Assembly: GCA_051942245.1 (NCBI GenBank)
Contig: JAVECL010000060.1
Location: 45,851-65,850 of the forward strand
Length of the DNA stretch: 20,000 bases
Direction: 5' to 3'
Source: Trypethelium eluteriae
Lineage: Eukaryota
The notes below the pieces were generated by a model. That model ran no database searches, had not been told where the DNA came from, and was given only the letters and a program-made list of their open reading frames with translations. The position numbers and the translations under genes are program-made. Each line of letters begins with the position of its first letter. Positions within the stretch are counted from its first letter, which is position 1. Below, piece after piece: positions 1 through 11,556 of the stretch.

Positions 1-532
1 AAGTTCTCTGGCGGCAGAGATCCGTATCCCAGTGAGGGCTGCCCCGAGGATACCATCTCTTGTCCTAGCTGAACCAATGTAGGGCCAACAATGGGCGGGT
101 GAGCATTGTATGGAGCCATTCCATCAAAGTCTACAATGTATACGACGAGTGACCCCAAGTTCTGCTCAATGTGGAAAAAGACAGCCCAGTCTGAGACTCG
201 AGTTAGATAAATGGGTCAGAAACGCGCCGGGGTGGATCTTACTCACATATGGACAAGATGGCCATGATAAACGCCATGAGCACCACTGTTGTGAGGAGCC
301 ATTTCGAGAACGCTTCTCGGCGAACATGTTTCAACCTCGAGTCCCAAAAGCCCACTGGCGCCAGCGATCCTCCGTCTCCTTTCTCTGCTTGCGCGCTATC
401 TTCGCCGCTGGAGTTTCCATTCTGTAGATGACCGTTTTCCCGAGGTCCATGACGAGGGTCTCCATCCTCAGTGGCTTCGCCTTCCGACTGGCGCAGACGG
501 GCACTTGGCTGGTTTGACAGAGCTGAAGACAT
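1..532 (-). CDS. SNG1: SNG1-like (nitrosoguanidine resistance / DUF3533-type) membrane protein, 5' part; runs off the window start
   Basis: ATG at 532. Exon 1 is 532-247. Intron 246-191 has a GTGAGT donor, CTAAC branch and CAG acceptor. Exon 2 is 190-<1. The spliced protein reads ...VGFWDSRLKHVRREAFSKWLLTTVVLMAFIMAILSI-YWAVFFHIEQNLGSLVVYIVDFDG...PIVGPTL..., which matches the N-terminus I recall for fungal Sng1-family proteins. Confidence 0.8.
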
Positions 533-1336
533 AACGTCCAAGAAGTCTGCTAGGCCGAGAGAATGAAGACCAAAAAATACACAGAAGCGAAAGGGATTAC
601 GCGGACTCAGAGAGGGGATGTCGGAAGAAGATTCGATAGTATAAGTCTAAGTAGACCAGCATCACGAATGATATGACATGACGGAATCAACGAAAACAAC
701 AACTGTGCCCCATTAACATTCGCGGATTTGGGTAAAGTGTCAACTGAGGGCCCCACAGGCATCAGGCCAACCAATGAGCTAATCTCATCCATCGCTGTTG
801 AGAACCGTTTAGCCGGATCGAAGTCGGCAATGCAAAAAATCTAAGAATGCCATCATGACGCACATATTCTGGATCGGAGTGCTCGGGCCGCGTGTTGCCG
901 AGGCATACGTAGTAAGCTCTCATAAAGATCCCTGTCTAGTTACCCGTGGCATCGGAAGAAAATGCAAGGGTGTCGCGCTTGAACAGCTCCGACAACCGCG
1001 TTCGCGCAGTCGATCGCCAAAGGCACATACAGGATCGATTGACCTACAACATCGTAGCATCTTTCAGAAGCCATCAATTGCTTCATGTGTTTCTGTGTGT
1101 GGAGAGGATGACTGCTGCGCGGTCGTCGGCCGCTCCTTGTCGATAAGTCATCTCAGGAAGGTACATCCCATGTTTGTTTACACTTCCCGAGCTTGAATCC
1201 ACCACGCGATAGTTGGAGAAGCAGCGCGTCGACTCCTTCCCAATCCATGCGCACAGCACTGGAAGCTTGTTTTCTCTTCTCTAACAACCACATTCTCCAT
1301 CGCACCATTATGTGAGGCTCACGCGCACGCTACGCC

Positions 1337-4300
1337 ATGGTTGTCGTCGTTCCACCTCCGGCAGAGCTGTCTATAGAGACGCTCTCGCTTTTTACTACCA
1401 CCGATCCATTCCTGTCTAATTCGCCGATCTTCATTTTCTATGGCCCGTCCGCCAATACCACCGGCACCTCGAGCAGTTCCCGTATTCAATCGCACATTTT
1501 CGCTGCTCCGGGCTTACAATCTTATCCGCGTCTCATCGTTTCCCCCGGCTCACCACTCTACGCAGCTGTGAACGGATTACCGAGAGAAGAACAAGGTGAC
1601 GAAATATCCCGCGGGCTGGCGTTTAGTCTGTACAAGTATTTCTTGGATGTCCCCGAAGAGATCAAAGGAGCATGGGCAGAACAACTTTTCTCGACGAGAA
1701 AACCGCCTTCCGCGTTCAACCTTTTTAGCGATACTCATGCTGCACTTTTGGCAAGCCGTATGAGCAAGATCGACAATGTCCAAGAGGTGGCGAACGACAT
1801 TCGCTTGTCCTTGGCAAAGCAATCCGTATCTTGGGTGGATGTTGACCTTTCGCTACCATTAGGATCAATGCAGAAATCTGAGCAAGCTGAGCCAGATGGA
1901 CAAGACGAGCCAGAGGATGACTTCGCAACATCTAGATATGGCCAGCATTCCGCTTTGTTGAAAGCTTTTGGGGAACCGGCTTTCATCCCAACATCGAAAT
2001 TACGCAGAGCACCTTCAAGACCAACAGCAATCAACAGAACGATGTCCTTTTCTAGAAAACAAAAAGAGGTTCTTCGACGAGAGATGTGCGAATTTGTAGA
2101 TACAGAGGAATCATATGTCAGCAAGATTTATGACCTTGTGCACAGCGTGGCAGCAGACTTTCGTCAGAAGGCTGAGAAGAGAGCGCCAAGTTCAACAAGC
2201 CCAACTTCCCAAGCTTTGGCTGGCCTATTCCCGCCGAGCTTGGATGAGATCCTCAAATTAAACACCGGTTTCATGGAGTCTATTCGATCTGTACTTGAAG
2301 AGACTGAGAACACTGCGATTGCTGATATCGATGCCTCCGAAGATCATCCTTCACAGCCTTTCAACCCAGGCGAAACAAAACATTCGGATATCACGGGTGC
2401 CATGTCATTTGCAAAGTGCCTTGTCGAGTGGTTTCCAAAGTTTGCTGATTGCTATGGCGATTACATGCAAGTTCACGCAGACGTTTCGCAACTACTGAAG
2501 ATTTTTCTGAAAGACATCGGTTCCAGCTTTTCAAAGCGGGTCCAGGAGACTGGAGAGCAACGATTGACTTCCATGCTTATCGAACCAGTCCAACGGCTTC
2601 CACGATATAACTTGTACATTGATAACATCATCAAGCAATTGCCAGTTCGGCATCCTGCTATCAAACTACTCCTTCGAGCACGGGATGTGATTGGCGAAAT
2701 TTGCTCTCGTGATGATCCAAGCAAGAACCAGTCCAAAATAATCAACCGTCTCCAAGGCCTAATATCGAATTGGCCGAAAGATTTTCGTCCTAGTGGCCGA
2801 CTCATCACGGCAATGGATGTCGTTGAGCTGGCACCGCCCTATCATCTGGTCCATTCTCGCCAAGGCTCCGGGATCATTTTACTCTTTTCCGACTATGTTA
2901 TCATGCTCGCAAAAAACTCCATCTCCGCAATGACTGCACGTGGTATCCTTGCCGAAATCGACAAACCTGAAACGAATAGTCTCGCTCGCAATGATCGTCC
3001 TTCTACTCCACAAGACCTTACTTTTCTTCAGACGCTTGCGCTTCCGCACGCCCACTTCACTGAGCTGGAAGGTGGGAGCACTATTCAAATGCTTTGCCCA
3101 AAGACCACAGCACCGGCGCCGAACGACCCTGGTTTGGTGAACCTTATTGCGAGGGCTTTCTACCTTACTGGTGGGTACGAGAACAAAGCGTCACGATGGA
3201 TCGAAGAGGTTGTGAAAGCTCGTGTGGAAGGGCGATATCCTGAGAGTCAACGAGAGAGTCATGCATTTGATGTAAGAAGCACACATGACAATGTAGAAAA
3301 CATCAGCCTTTTCACAGCGATCTCGGAAACCCAACAGCCACCAACCGATGGTCGGGGTGATTCGGCCCGCATACGGGTATCAATTGAGTCTGTGAAGAGG
3401 GATGTCACGGAAGCAGAGAAACAAGAAGTTGATGTGCTCGCTCTTGTGGTACCAGCGGACGACAACGTTTACCGAATTGAAATCCACAGTCGTCACGATC
3501 ATACCTCGCGCAACCATGTCAAAGCCGAAGGCGTTCTGCCACTACTCAGCAAGAAAGGTATGATGAGGTTGTGAGCTTAGGCAGAACCTTTGGCTGATTA
3601 CTTTAGTGGCCATATCGCTTCGATCATCGAACACACTCTCGAATCCTCAAATGACTACGTGTCTACTGACACGTAACGAGCAGATCCTTCAAATCCTGCA
3701 GTCACTCCATGTTTACCGTGAGCCTTCTACTCAGGACTTCCCCGATCAAGGTCGAGAACGAGGTGGGAGCATCCGAGCACCTTCCCCAGTTAAATTGCTT
3801 TCCAATCTGTTCGGTGGCAGCACCAGGGAAGGCTTTAGTGGTGGCCCCCGGAAGTTCCAGCGACAAGCTCCTAATCTGGGTGAAATACCTCGTATGGTCC
3901 CGCCGACGCAGACTTCGAGGCCTACAACCCAGGACAGTGCCAAATCATGGGACGATGCGACTTCTAAATTAAGCGTACCATTGAGCAGTACAAGTGCTGC
4001 ATCCAATGCGCTTCTCAAATTGGAAGAGACTTTGGCAGCTTACGTATTGGCACTCCATGCCCGAAAGGGCAATGTTGTTGGGAAAACCTTACGAGCTCGA
4101 GCCACGGCCGACGAACTTGCCGTCAACGAGCTTTACAATGTCATGCTCGAGAACCCTGATAACCATCAAATGGCGGCCCAGTCTTCGGTAGATGTTCTCT
4201 TCGCATCATTTGAAAAATTTGTGAAAGCAGCCTGGGCCGATAAGATGGGCCCTATCGTCCCTGCGCAGACGATGACGGAAATGCAGAGCCAATCAGAAAA

Positions 4301-6065
4301 ATTGTTCCCAGTCGACTTTGAGGATTACTTTAGATCCACCTTTTTTCAACTGTCGCCTCAAAACCAACGTGGGTTCAAAGCCATTGTGAGGCTTCTTGCA
4401 GATCTCCTTGATGGTACAGGCAACGACAGCGACCGAGGCATTTTGACCATGGCCTTTGCTGAGATCCTAATAAACCAAGGAAATCCTCACGACTTCTTTT
4501 CTCTTTTGGATCGATTCGTTGACGATGTAGACTCCCTGTTTGGCGATATCATTGATGTTGGAGCGACAACACCTTGTGAAGATCCCACGATCTCCCACAG
4601 ACACGAGCGTACGGCCAATGCCAGCTCGATAAGCTCAAATACTTCATCGCTCCGGAAACGATTTGGCTTGAGTACACTGTCTAGAGAAAACAGTAAAAGC
4701 GAGCAGGAAAGCAAAGGAGGCTCCGTCTGGCGAACTTTGAGTAAGACTGGACGGTCCAATGTCAACCAACCAGCAACACTTCCAAGAGGGTCCCTCATTC
4801 GCTCGCAATCGACTGATGAACGTGTTCGAACTTCACCCCCTCGCAGACCACCTTCCCGGGATAGACCTACGGTTCTCGGCGCGTTTAGCTTTGAGGACCC
4901 ATTGCACAATAGGAGCCCTTTCATGCCGGGCTCTCCTCTTGGAACTATCGGCGAGACGTCCTCTCCTACCCCTGGTAACGCAAGTGGCCCACGGAAGAAG
5001 CGCCGGAGTTCTTTATCGGATCTCAAGACCCTACAAGAAGCAAAAGAGTCACCGTCATCTTGGACTCCTCGCACGCCTGGGAGTAATGGCACTGTCATTC
5101 GACGTCAGATCTCCTTGCAGCCTTCACCTCGCACACCTTCTCCAACCAAGATACCTATCTCTACTCCATCTTCGCGCCTCGGATCACCCGGGCCCAAAGA
5201 AAACTCGCCCACTTTGCAGCGACCCATGAGAAAGGAGCCTATAACCAGTGTTGAAAGAAGTGCTACAAAGCGCCGTAATGTGTCCGGCATTCCGACACTC
5301 AAGCCCACCAGCAGCAACAGTGGTGCTCTCACCGAACATCCGGGCTCGGGCAACAGTGCAAAAATTCCTCTATCACATTCTACGCACACATCACCCACCA
5401 AGCTTCCCGTGGCCGCAAACACGCCTGTTAAGTCACCCAGTGTGACAACCGGATCTCCTAAGAAATTGCGCATGCAGAGTCCACAGAAACTCCGAGAGCG
5501 TCTTCAGAATGAGCAGAAAGCCATCGCGACGACAGCAACGTCCTTTGAAACCGAGATTTCCTCGATTCGTGCAGAAATGGATGCTGTCAGTTGCAAGGAT
5601 ACACAAACATCTCACGCCGCACGTCCTTGTACTGGAACGAGTGCATCTCCCGGATCACCACAGGGTCCATCCTCACACTCGCAGAACACGTCAGACCTTA
5701 CTTCGCTGTCAGCTCGGCTCGGCTCCCTCGAGTCTACCCACCGCGCTACCATCTCAACCCTGACTCAACGTCTAGAGTCGCTCTCCTCGGATGTCAACAC
5801 ATCTCTCCAAGTCTCCGAGTCGAAGGCTCGCAAACTCGATGACTTGTACAAAGAAGCGAACGCTGAAAATGAAGCTTTGTATGCACGCTTCAACGATGAG
5901 CTCGCGAAGATCTTGAAGAATGTGAAGAATAGCCCTGATAGCGGTGTTGAGGTACTGAAAAAGAAACTCGCGGAAGCGCAAGAGGATGCTACCAAGGGGA
6001 AGAGAGAAGTGGCGAGGTTGAAGCGAGAAGTTGTCGGATTAAGGGCTCAGTTGAGGGATGGCTAG
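1337..6065 (+). CDS. BUD3: Bud3-type Rho guanine nucleotide exchange factor (DH domain; septation/Rho4 GEF family), about 1559 aa
   Basis: ORFs 1337-3574 and 3606-6065 join in frame through intron 3558-3606 (AAG|GTATGA...GCTGAT...TTTAG|TG). DH motifs are EMCEFVDTEESYVSKI, LFPPSLDEIL and LIEPVQRLPRY. These are followed by a PH-like region, a helical domain, an S/P/T-rich low-complexity region and a C-terminal coiled coil. Size and layout fit filamentous-fungal Bud3. Confidence 0.85.
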
Positions 6066-6676
6066 TCTGGTAATGGTCGTCCTTGGGAGTATCAGCATCC
6101 TCCAGGCATTTTCGCTATTGTCTTCGAGGCGTATTGAGTGCATTCAGAAAATGTCCGCTCATGACAGAAGATTTTGGAGTTCCGCCAGAGACGGGCTTGA
6201 TGAAGTGAGAGGCGGGTGCTTGCGACTTAAATGTTTCCCAGAACTCTTTCGAGTGGGGACGCATCGCTTCGAATTGCTTCGAATTCGGTCATGTAGGGAG
6301 GAAGGCAATTGCTCAACTTCACGGGTTTTCTTACGACTTTTACGACTTTGCTGGGCTGCAACTTGTAGCGACTTGTGCATATAGCTTTTGGCGCGGCGTT
6401 GGTATCTATTAAGGGCTGTACGCAGTATTTTCCCCTGGTTTCCGGCGCGCCAAAAGCTTTGCTTTGTATTTATATCCAATGTTCACATAGCACACTCATG
6501 AACATACCATCTCGATATTCCAATGTAGCTTTTTTTCTCTTCGACGCCGGCACTAATGCGGCCTCAAGAAATTATCTATCATACAAGTATCCTCCCTCCT
6601 TTCTTCCCCGCCCTCACCGTTGGCTAATCTTGCTCTATTAAATTCTCTTCCTCTACTCCTCTACTGCTCCTCTACC

Positions 6677-8725
6677 TCACATATGCCCATGACCATCATC
6701 CTCCCCGCCGCCCCGCTGCTCCGGATCCAGCTTGATCATCGTATCGATCCGCATGATCGCCACGCACGCCTCCACCGCGCTCTTCAACTGCTTCACCTTG
6801 CTCATACTCGGCTCCAACACGCCCTGCCGCACCTGATCCACCACCCGACCCTTCGCCAGATCGAGCCCGTAGTTCTTGTAGTTCTTCCGCTTCGCCAGCG
6901 TCTTCTCGTCCTCGGTACCTTGCTGCTTCTCCGGCGACCCCAGTTGCTTCTGTTGCTGCTGTTGCTGAATCTGCTGGTGGCCCTGCTGCCCCTGCGGCTG
7001 GCCCTGCTGCCCCTGCTGCTGTTGCGTCGTCCCTGCAGACGCAGGAGGCGCGCCGTTCGGCGGCGCGGATTCTGCGGGGGTAGAAGAGGGGCGGGACGCT
7101 GGGTTGTGCGAGGCACCTGGCGAGGAAGGGCCGCCGCCGCCGGTGGTGGTGCGTTGGGAGAGGGCGTGGCGCGAGCGGAGCTGGGCGACGAGTTCGGTGG
7201 CGTCGATGGCGGCGTTGACGGCGAGCGTTTTCGGGATGATAAGGAGGGATTGCGCGAATTCGCCGATGGCGAGTTGTTCGCGGGAGCCCTGGTGTTAGCG
7301 GATGTTAGTCGATCATGATAATGGGAATGGGGGGTTTGGGCCCGGGGGAAGACGTACGACTGAAGTAGCCCATTCTTCGAGGTAGATGTGGAGGGCGGTT
7401 TCGACGGCGCCGCCGCCGGGCACAATGCGTCCGCTTTCGAGGGTGCGTTTGACGGCGGAGAGGGAGTCGTGGACGGAACGCTCCATTTCGTCAAGGGAGT
7501 ATTCGTTGGGGCCGCGGAGGATGATGGAGGAGGATGTGTGGACTTTGGTGCCTTTTACGAGGATGCATTCGTCGTCAGATATCCTCTCTTGGACGACTTC
7601 CTCTGCTTGGCCGAGGTTTGAAGCCTCAAATTTCTCGTCGCCGTTCAGATCTGACAGCGAGCTGACAAGTGTAGCTCCGCTAGCCTTAGCTATCCGTCGC
7701 AGATCTTCTTTCTTACATCTCCGTACAGCCATCGCGCCGCGCTCTATGAACAATTTCAGACAGAGATCGTCGATGCCCTTAGTCGTGAAAACAACGTTCG
7801 CGCCAGCCTTGAGGATCATCTCAACACGCTCCACAACAATACCGGCCTCCCGCTCCCTTATCTTTTCCAATTGCTGAGGGTCATCAATTGTGATATGCAC
7901 GCCCAGCTTCATCCTCTCTTTCTGCAGATTCATGTCCAAACAGGCAATTTTGGCGTCAGGTATCCGCGTCTTCATTGCCTGAGACGCAACTGTGCAGTTC
8001 AGAGCATAGCCTCTTACTAGGACAGATTCTGTAGCGCTCTTGCCATGTGCTTTGAGTAGGTTTACAGCCTTGACTGGATATTTCACTTCATTTCGGTTGT
8101 TGGTTGTCTTGACAGATTGCATGGCATCCACGCATATGCTTGCAAAGAAATCCGAATCCGATCCGATGATCTTGGATGACATAGAGGTCTTCGCGATGTT
8201 GACCAGACTCTCGCGACCCAGATTCTCCACTCTTGTGCTAATATGTTCACTCATATACCGTACGGCTTCTCTTAAGGCTAGGCGGTAGCCGGTGATGATG
8301 GTTGTAGGATGTATGCGATTCTTCATGAGCTCATTCGCCCTCCTCAGAAGCTCCGCTGCAATCAGCACAACCGACGTAGTACCATCTCCAACCTCTTTAT
8401 CCTGCTGTTGTGCTAAATCCACCAAAATCTTGCCGGCGGGATGTTCGATGTCAAGAAGTCCCAGGATTGTAGCACCGTCATTTGTGACCGTCACGTCTCC
8501 AATATCGTCCACCATCATCTTGTCGAGCCCTGAAGGTCCAAAGGAGCTCCGAACGACATTTGCGATTGCTTGCGTCGCAAGTACATTTTGATCTCGAACG
8601 TCAGAGCCAGTAATTTTTTGGCCGCCGAGGACTAGGCAAAGAATAAGCATATACGATATTAGTCTAGGCTCTTTCGACTTACAGAGTGTTCCAGCATTCC
8701 GCGGTGCTTCGAAAATGCCTGCCAT
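6677..8725 (-). CDS. TCP1: T-complex protein 1 subunit alpha (CCT1), about 642 aa
   Basis: Exons 8725-8683, 8631-7358 and 7288-6677. Introns 8682-8632 (GTAAGT...TAG) and 7357-7289 (GTACGT...CTAAC...CAG). Chaperonin motifs are SSFGPSGLDKM, TVTNDGATIL, GDGTTSV, VPGGGAVE and YGLDL...LEPSMSKVKQLKSAVEACVAIMRID. The alpha-specific N-terminus TLFLGGQKI and KERMKLGV are present. Stop TGA at 6679-6677. Confidence 0.96.
6914..7150 (-). repeat. Coding low-complexity CAG/CAA-rich (poly-Q, QG) tract inside TCP1 exon 3
   Basis: Encodes TTTGGGGPSS...TTQQQQGQQGQPQGQQGHQQIQQQQQQKQ.... Includes an imperfect 21-nt tandem duplication at 6974-6994 and 6995-7015 (19/21 identical). Confidence 0.85.
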
Positions 8726-9069
8726 GTTGAGCACTATTGTCGGTGTGTGGATATGGTACTGTGCCTAATGGATGGGATTTAGAGATTTAAAGATTGACGC
8801 GCTGCTACGCGATGCCATCTTGACAAAATATTGGCGGATTGGGACAGCAGTGCGACCAGGCCCAAATTCACCCCACATTCAGAAACAGTCATTGCCATTA
8901 TGACTACACCTTGGCTACCTCAACCACCCGCCCCTTTTTCGAGTCAATTAGTGCCAGTGGCTTTTCAACGATCTATCTTGAAAAAGAATTTCTCTTCGAT
9001 TTCTTCAGAATTTCGAGCAGACCCCCCAACAAACCCCACCTGAGTCTTCGATAGACCCCTCAATCCACC
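8726..9069. promoter_or_regulatory. Short divergent (probably bidirectional) promoter region shared by TCP1 and prolyl-tRNA synthetase
   Basis: Only 344 bp separate the two head-to-head start codons. The region contains GAGTCA (8941-8946) and TGAGTC (9041-9046), which resemble Gcn4/CpcA sites. Confidence 0.5.
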
Positions 9070-10824
9070 ATGGCAGAGGAGCAGAGGGCGGAGCTCCCTG
9101 CGCGGGAAAAGGAGGGTCAGAGCCAGCAAAAGAAAGACAAGCCTAAGAAGGAACCGAAAGACAAGTCACAGCAAGCTCCAAAGCAGCAGCAGCAAAAAAA
9201 GAAGATCGAAGGCGCTGCACTCATTGGTATTGACATACGAAAAGAGGATGATCTTGCAGAGTGGTACCAGCAGGTCTTGACCAAGGGCAACATGCTTGAC
9301 TACTCTGACGTTCCTGGCTGTTACATCTATGAACCTGGCTCGTGGCATGTTTGGGAGCAGATACAAGCCTGGTTTAACAAAGGGATTCGGAAGTTGGGTG
9401 TGAGGAATTGCTATTTCCCATTATTCATTTCAGAAGCAAATCTACAGAGGGAGAAGGACCACCTCGAAGGGTTTGCAGCAGAAGTTGCCTGGGTCACCGA
9501 AGGGTAAAAAGAGAGGCAATTTTTCTTCAAAGCCTATAACTGAAGCTTTCGCAGGGGCAAGAACAAGCTCGAGAAACGATTAGCTGTACGACCCACGTCG
9601 GAAACAGCCATGTACGGCTATTTCGCTGAAAAGATCCGAAGTCATCGGGACCTTCCTCTCAAACTGAACCAATGGAACAACGTCGTCCGGTGGGAATTTA
9701 AACATCCAATGCCATTCATACGGTCGCGGGAATTTCTCTGGCAAGAAGGCCATACCGCGCATTTGACTGAACAGAGCGCTGGAGAAGAAGTCTTGAGCAT
9801 TCTTGACTTATATGCTGGTATATATGAAGAGCTTCTTGCTGTTCCGATGGTGAAGGGTAGGAAAACGGTTAACGAGCAATTTGCTGGTGCGTATTATACA
9901 ACAACAGTCGAAGGTTTCATTCCAGCCACAGGACGAGGTATTCAAGGAGGGACAAGTCATTGCCTCGGCCAACACTTCAGCAAAATGTTCAACATTACTG
10001 TTGAAGATCCAACCTTTAAACAGGGAGAGGACAAGAAGCCTCCAATCCATGTCTGGCAGAACTCTTGGGGATTCACTACACGTTCAATCGGTGTCATGAT
10101 CTTGACTCATGGAGACAATAAAGGTCTCGTCATCCCTCCACGCGTATCTGAAATCCAGGTTGTCATCGTTCCCGTCGGCGTCACAGCAAAAACATCTGAC
10201 GAAGACCGTGAAAAGCTCTATAAAGAGGCTCAAGCTATGAAGATCCTCCTTGAGAACGTTGAACCAAACCCCCTCCGCGTCGAAGTTGACATGCGAGAGG
10301 GCTACTCCCCAGGCTGGAAGTTCAACGACTGGGAGCTCAAGGGAGTGCCTCTACGTCTCGAATTTGGTCCCAAAGATCAAGCGGCGCATAGGGTCACCAC
10401 GTCTCGTCGAGACCAGGAAGGCAAGGGCGAGATTGCTATCGATCAACTTGCCACCGAGATTCCGAAACTACTTGAGGTCATCCAGTCAGACATGTACAAC
10501 AGAGCAAAGACAGACTTTGACTCTCATCGCAAGGTCATCACGGACTGGAATGAGGTCGTGCCTACACTGAATGCCAAAAACGTGATCATCATTCCACACT
10601 GTTTAGAAGGCGGCTGTGAGGACAAGATCAAGGAGCTTACTGCGAGGAAATCAGAAGGAGATTCGGCGGCGGAGGATGCACGGGCTCCGAGTATGGGTGC
10701 GAAAAGCTTATGCATTCCGTTCGAACAACCCAAGCTAGGGCTTCTTGAGGGCGAAACAAAATGTCTGAATCCAGAGTGTGAAAGCAAAGCCAAGACATGG
10801 GTCATGTATGGCAGGAGCTATTAG
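9070..10824 (+). CDS. proS: Cytosolic prolyl-tRNA synthetase (class IIa, eukaryote/archaea type), about 567 aa
   Basis: Exons 9070-9503 and 9555-10824. Intron 9504-9554 (GG|GTAAAA...GCAG|G) restores VAWVTEGGKNKLEKRLAVRPTSETAMY. Other motifs are QWNNVVRWE, FIRSREFLWQEGHT, GIQGGTSHCLGQ, WQNSWG, the anticodon-binding domain GWKFNDWELKGVPLRLE, a C-terminal Cys cluster and the terminal GRSY. Confidence 0.97.
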
Positions 10825-11556
10825 ACAGGACACGGAAACACGATATGACGAGCCACAGGGCCTCTAATAATGGCGTTCAAGAGAGCTCTGGATTTGTAGT
10901 ATACCATTGGTCTCGGCAGATGAAAAGACTTGCCTCATTACAGCCTTGTTTCCTCCAATGCTTCCCTAATCCTAAGCTTTGGCCCCACCGGGCGATTTTG
11001 TTAGAGCGGATTAGTAAGATGCTTATCGAGGGAAGGCTACGATACATAGCCGGAGCCTCTCTTCGTTGCTTCAGCATTCAACTTAATCGCTCCAGCCGTC
11101 ATTCGTATCTCCTCACCACCGCCGCCTTTGAATCGTAATATTTCATGTATATTGCGGAGAGATGGAGGGGCACGGTAGATTTCTTCCTCTTTCGGCTCAA
11201 GGCCAGGGTTGTATGTGCTTCGCCTTCTCGCCAGCCAGCGCTAAATAAGTGCTGGATGAAGATGCAGCCTCACTCCTAGGTACTTACGACGCCTGATCTA
11301 GGAAGACTTAAATCATCCTACGAAACAATGCCGCTGCACTGCCTCAGTCTTTCTTGAACAGGGTATCGATGCTCCATTTGCACAACTTTTACCCTGACGC
11401 TCTATGTCGTTTTTGAGGCGGAGCACGTACTCGATAGGCGGAAGCCCAGGTCTGGATACATAATGGTGGCATATTTTCTCATTGCATCATTCCAGATCAT
11501 GTCAGACCTTGCGCACTCATCTCTCTGAAGCTATGCTGTAGATTGATGAAAGCAGT

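Noticed and set aside
607..1196. Short ORFs and CGCG-containing MCB-like words in the SNG1-BUD3 divergent spacer
   Set aside because: There is no protein similarity and I saw no exact ACGCGT cluster; consistent with ordinary promoter/UTR sequence.
4487..5473. Antisense and alternative-frame ORFs (up to 203 aa) within BUD3
   Set aside because: These are shadows of the S/P/R-rich low-complexity coding region.
6058..6641. ORFs in the BUD3-TCP1 convergent spacer (6058-6384 +, 6159-6479 -)
   Set aside because: They have no recognisable motif, the minus ORF starts at TTG, and both lie in the expected 3' UTR region.
6620..7494. Long ORFs 6620-7318 (+, 232 aa, Leu-rich) and 6802-7494 (-, 230 aa)
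   Set aside because: These are antisense and alternative-frame shadows of GC-rich TCP1 exon 3. The poly-Leu is the reverse complement of the CAG tract.
8980..9020. GAA/TTC-rich stretch resembling a heat-shock element near TCP1
   Set aside because: The spacing does not fit three alternating nGAAn units.
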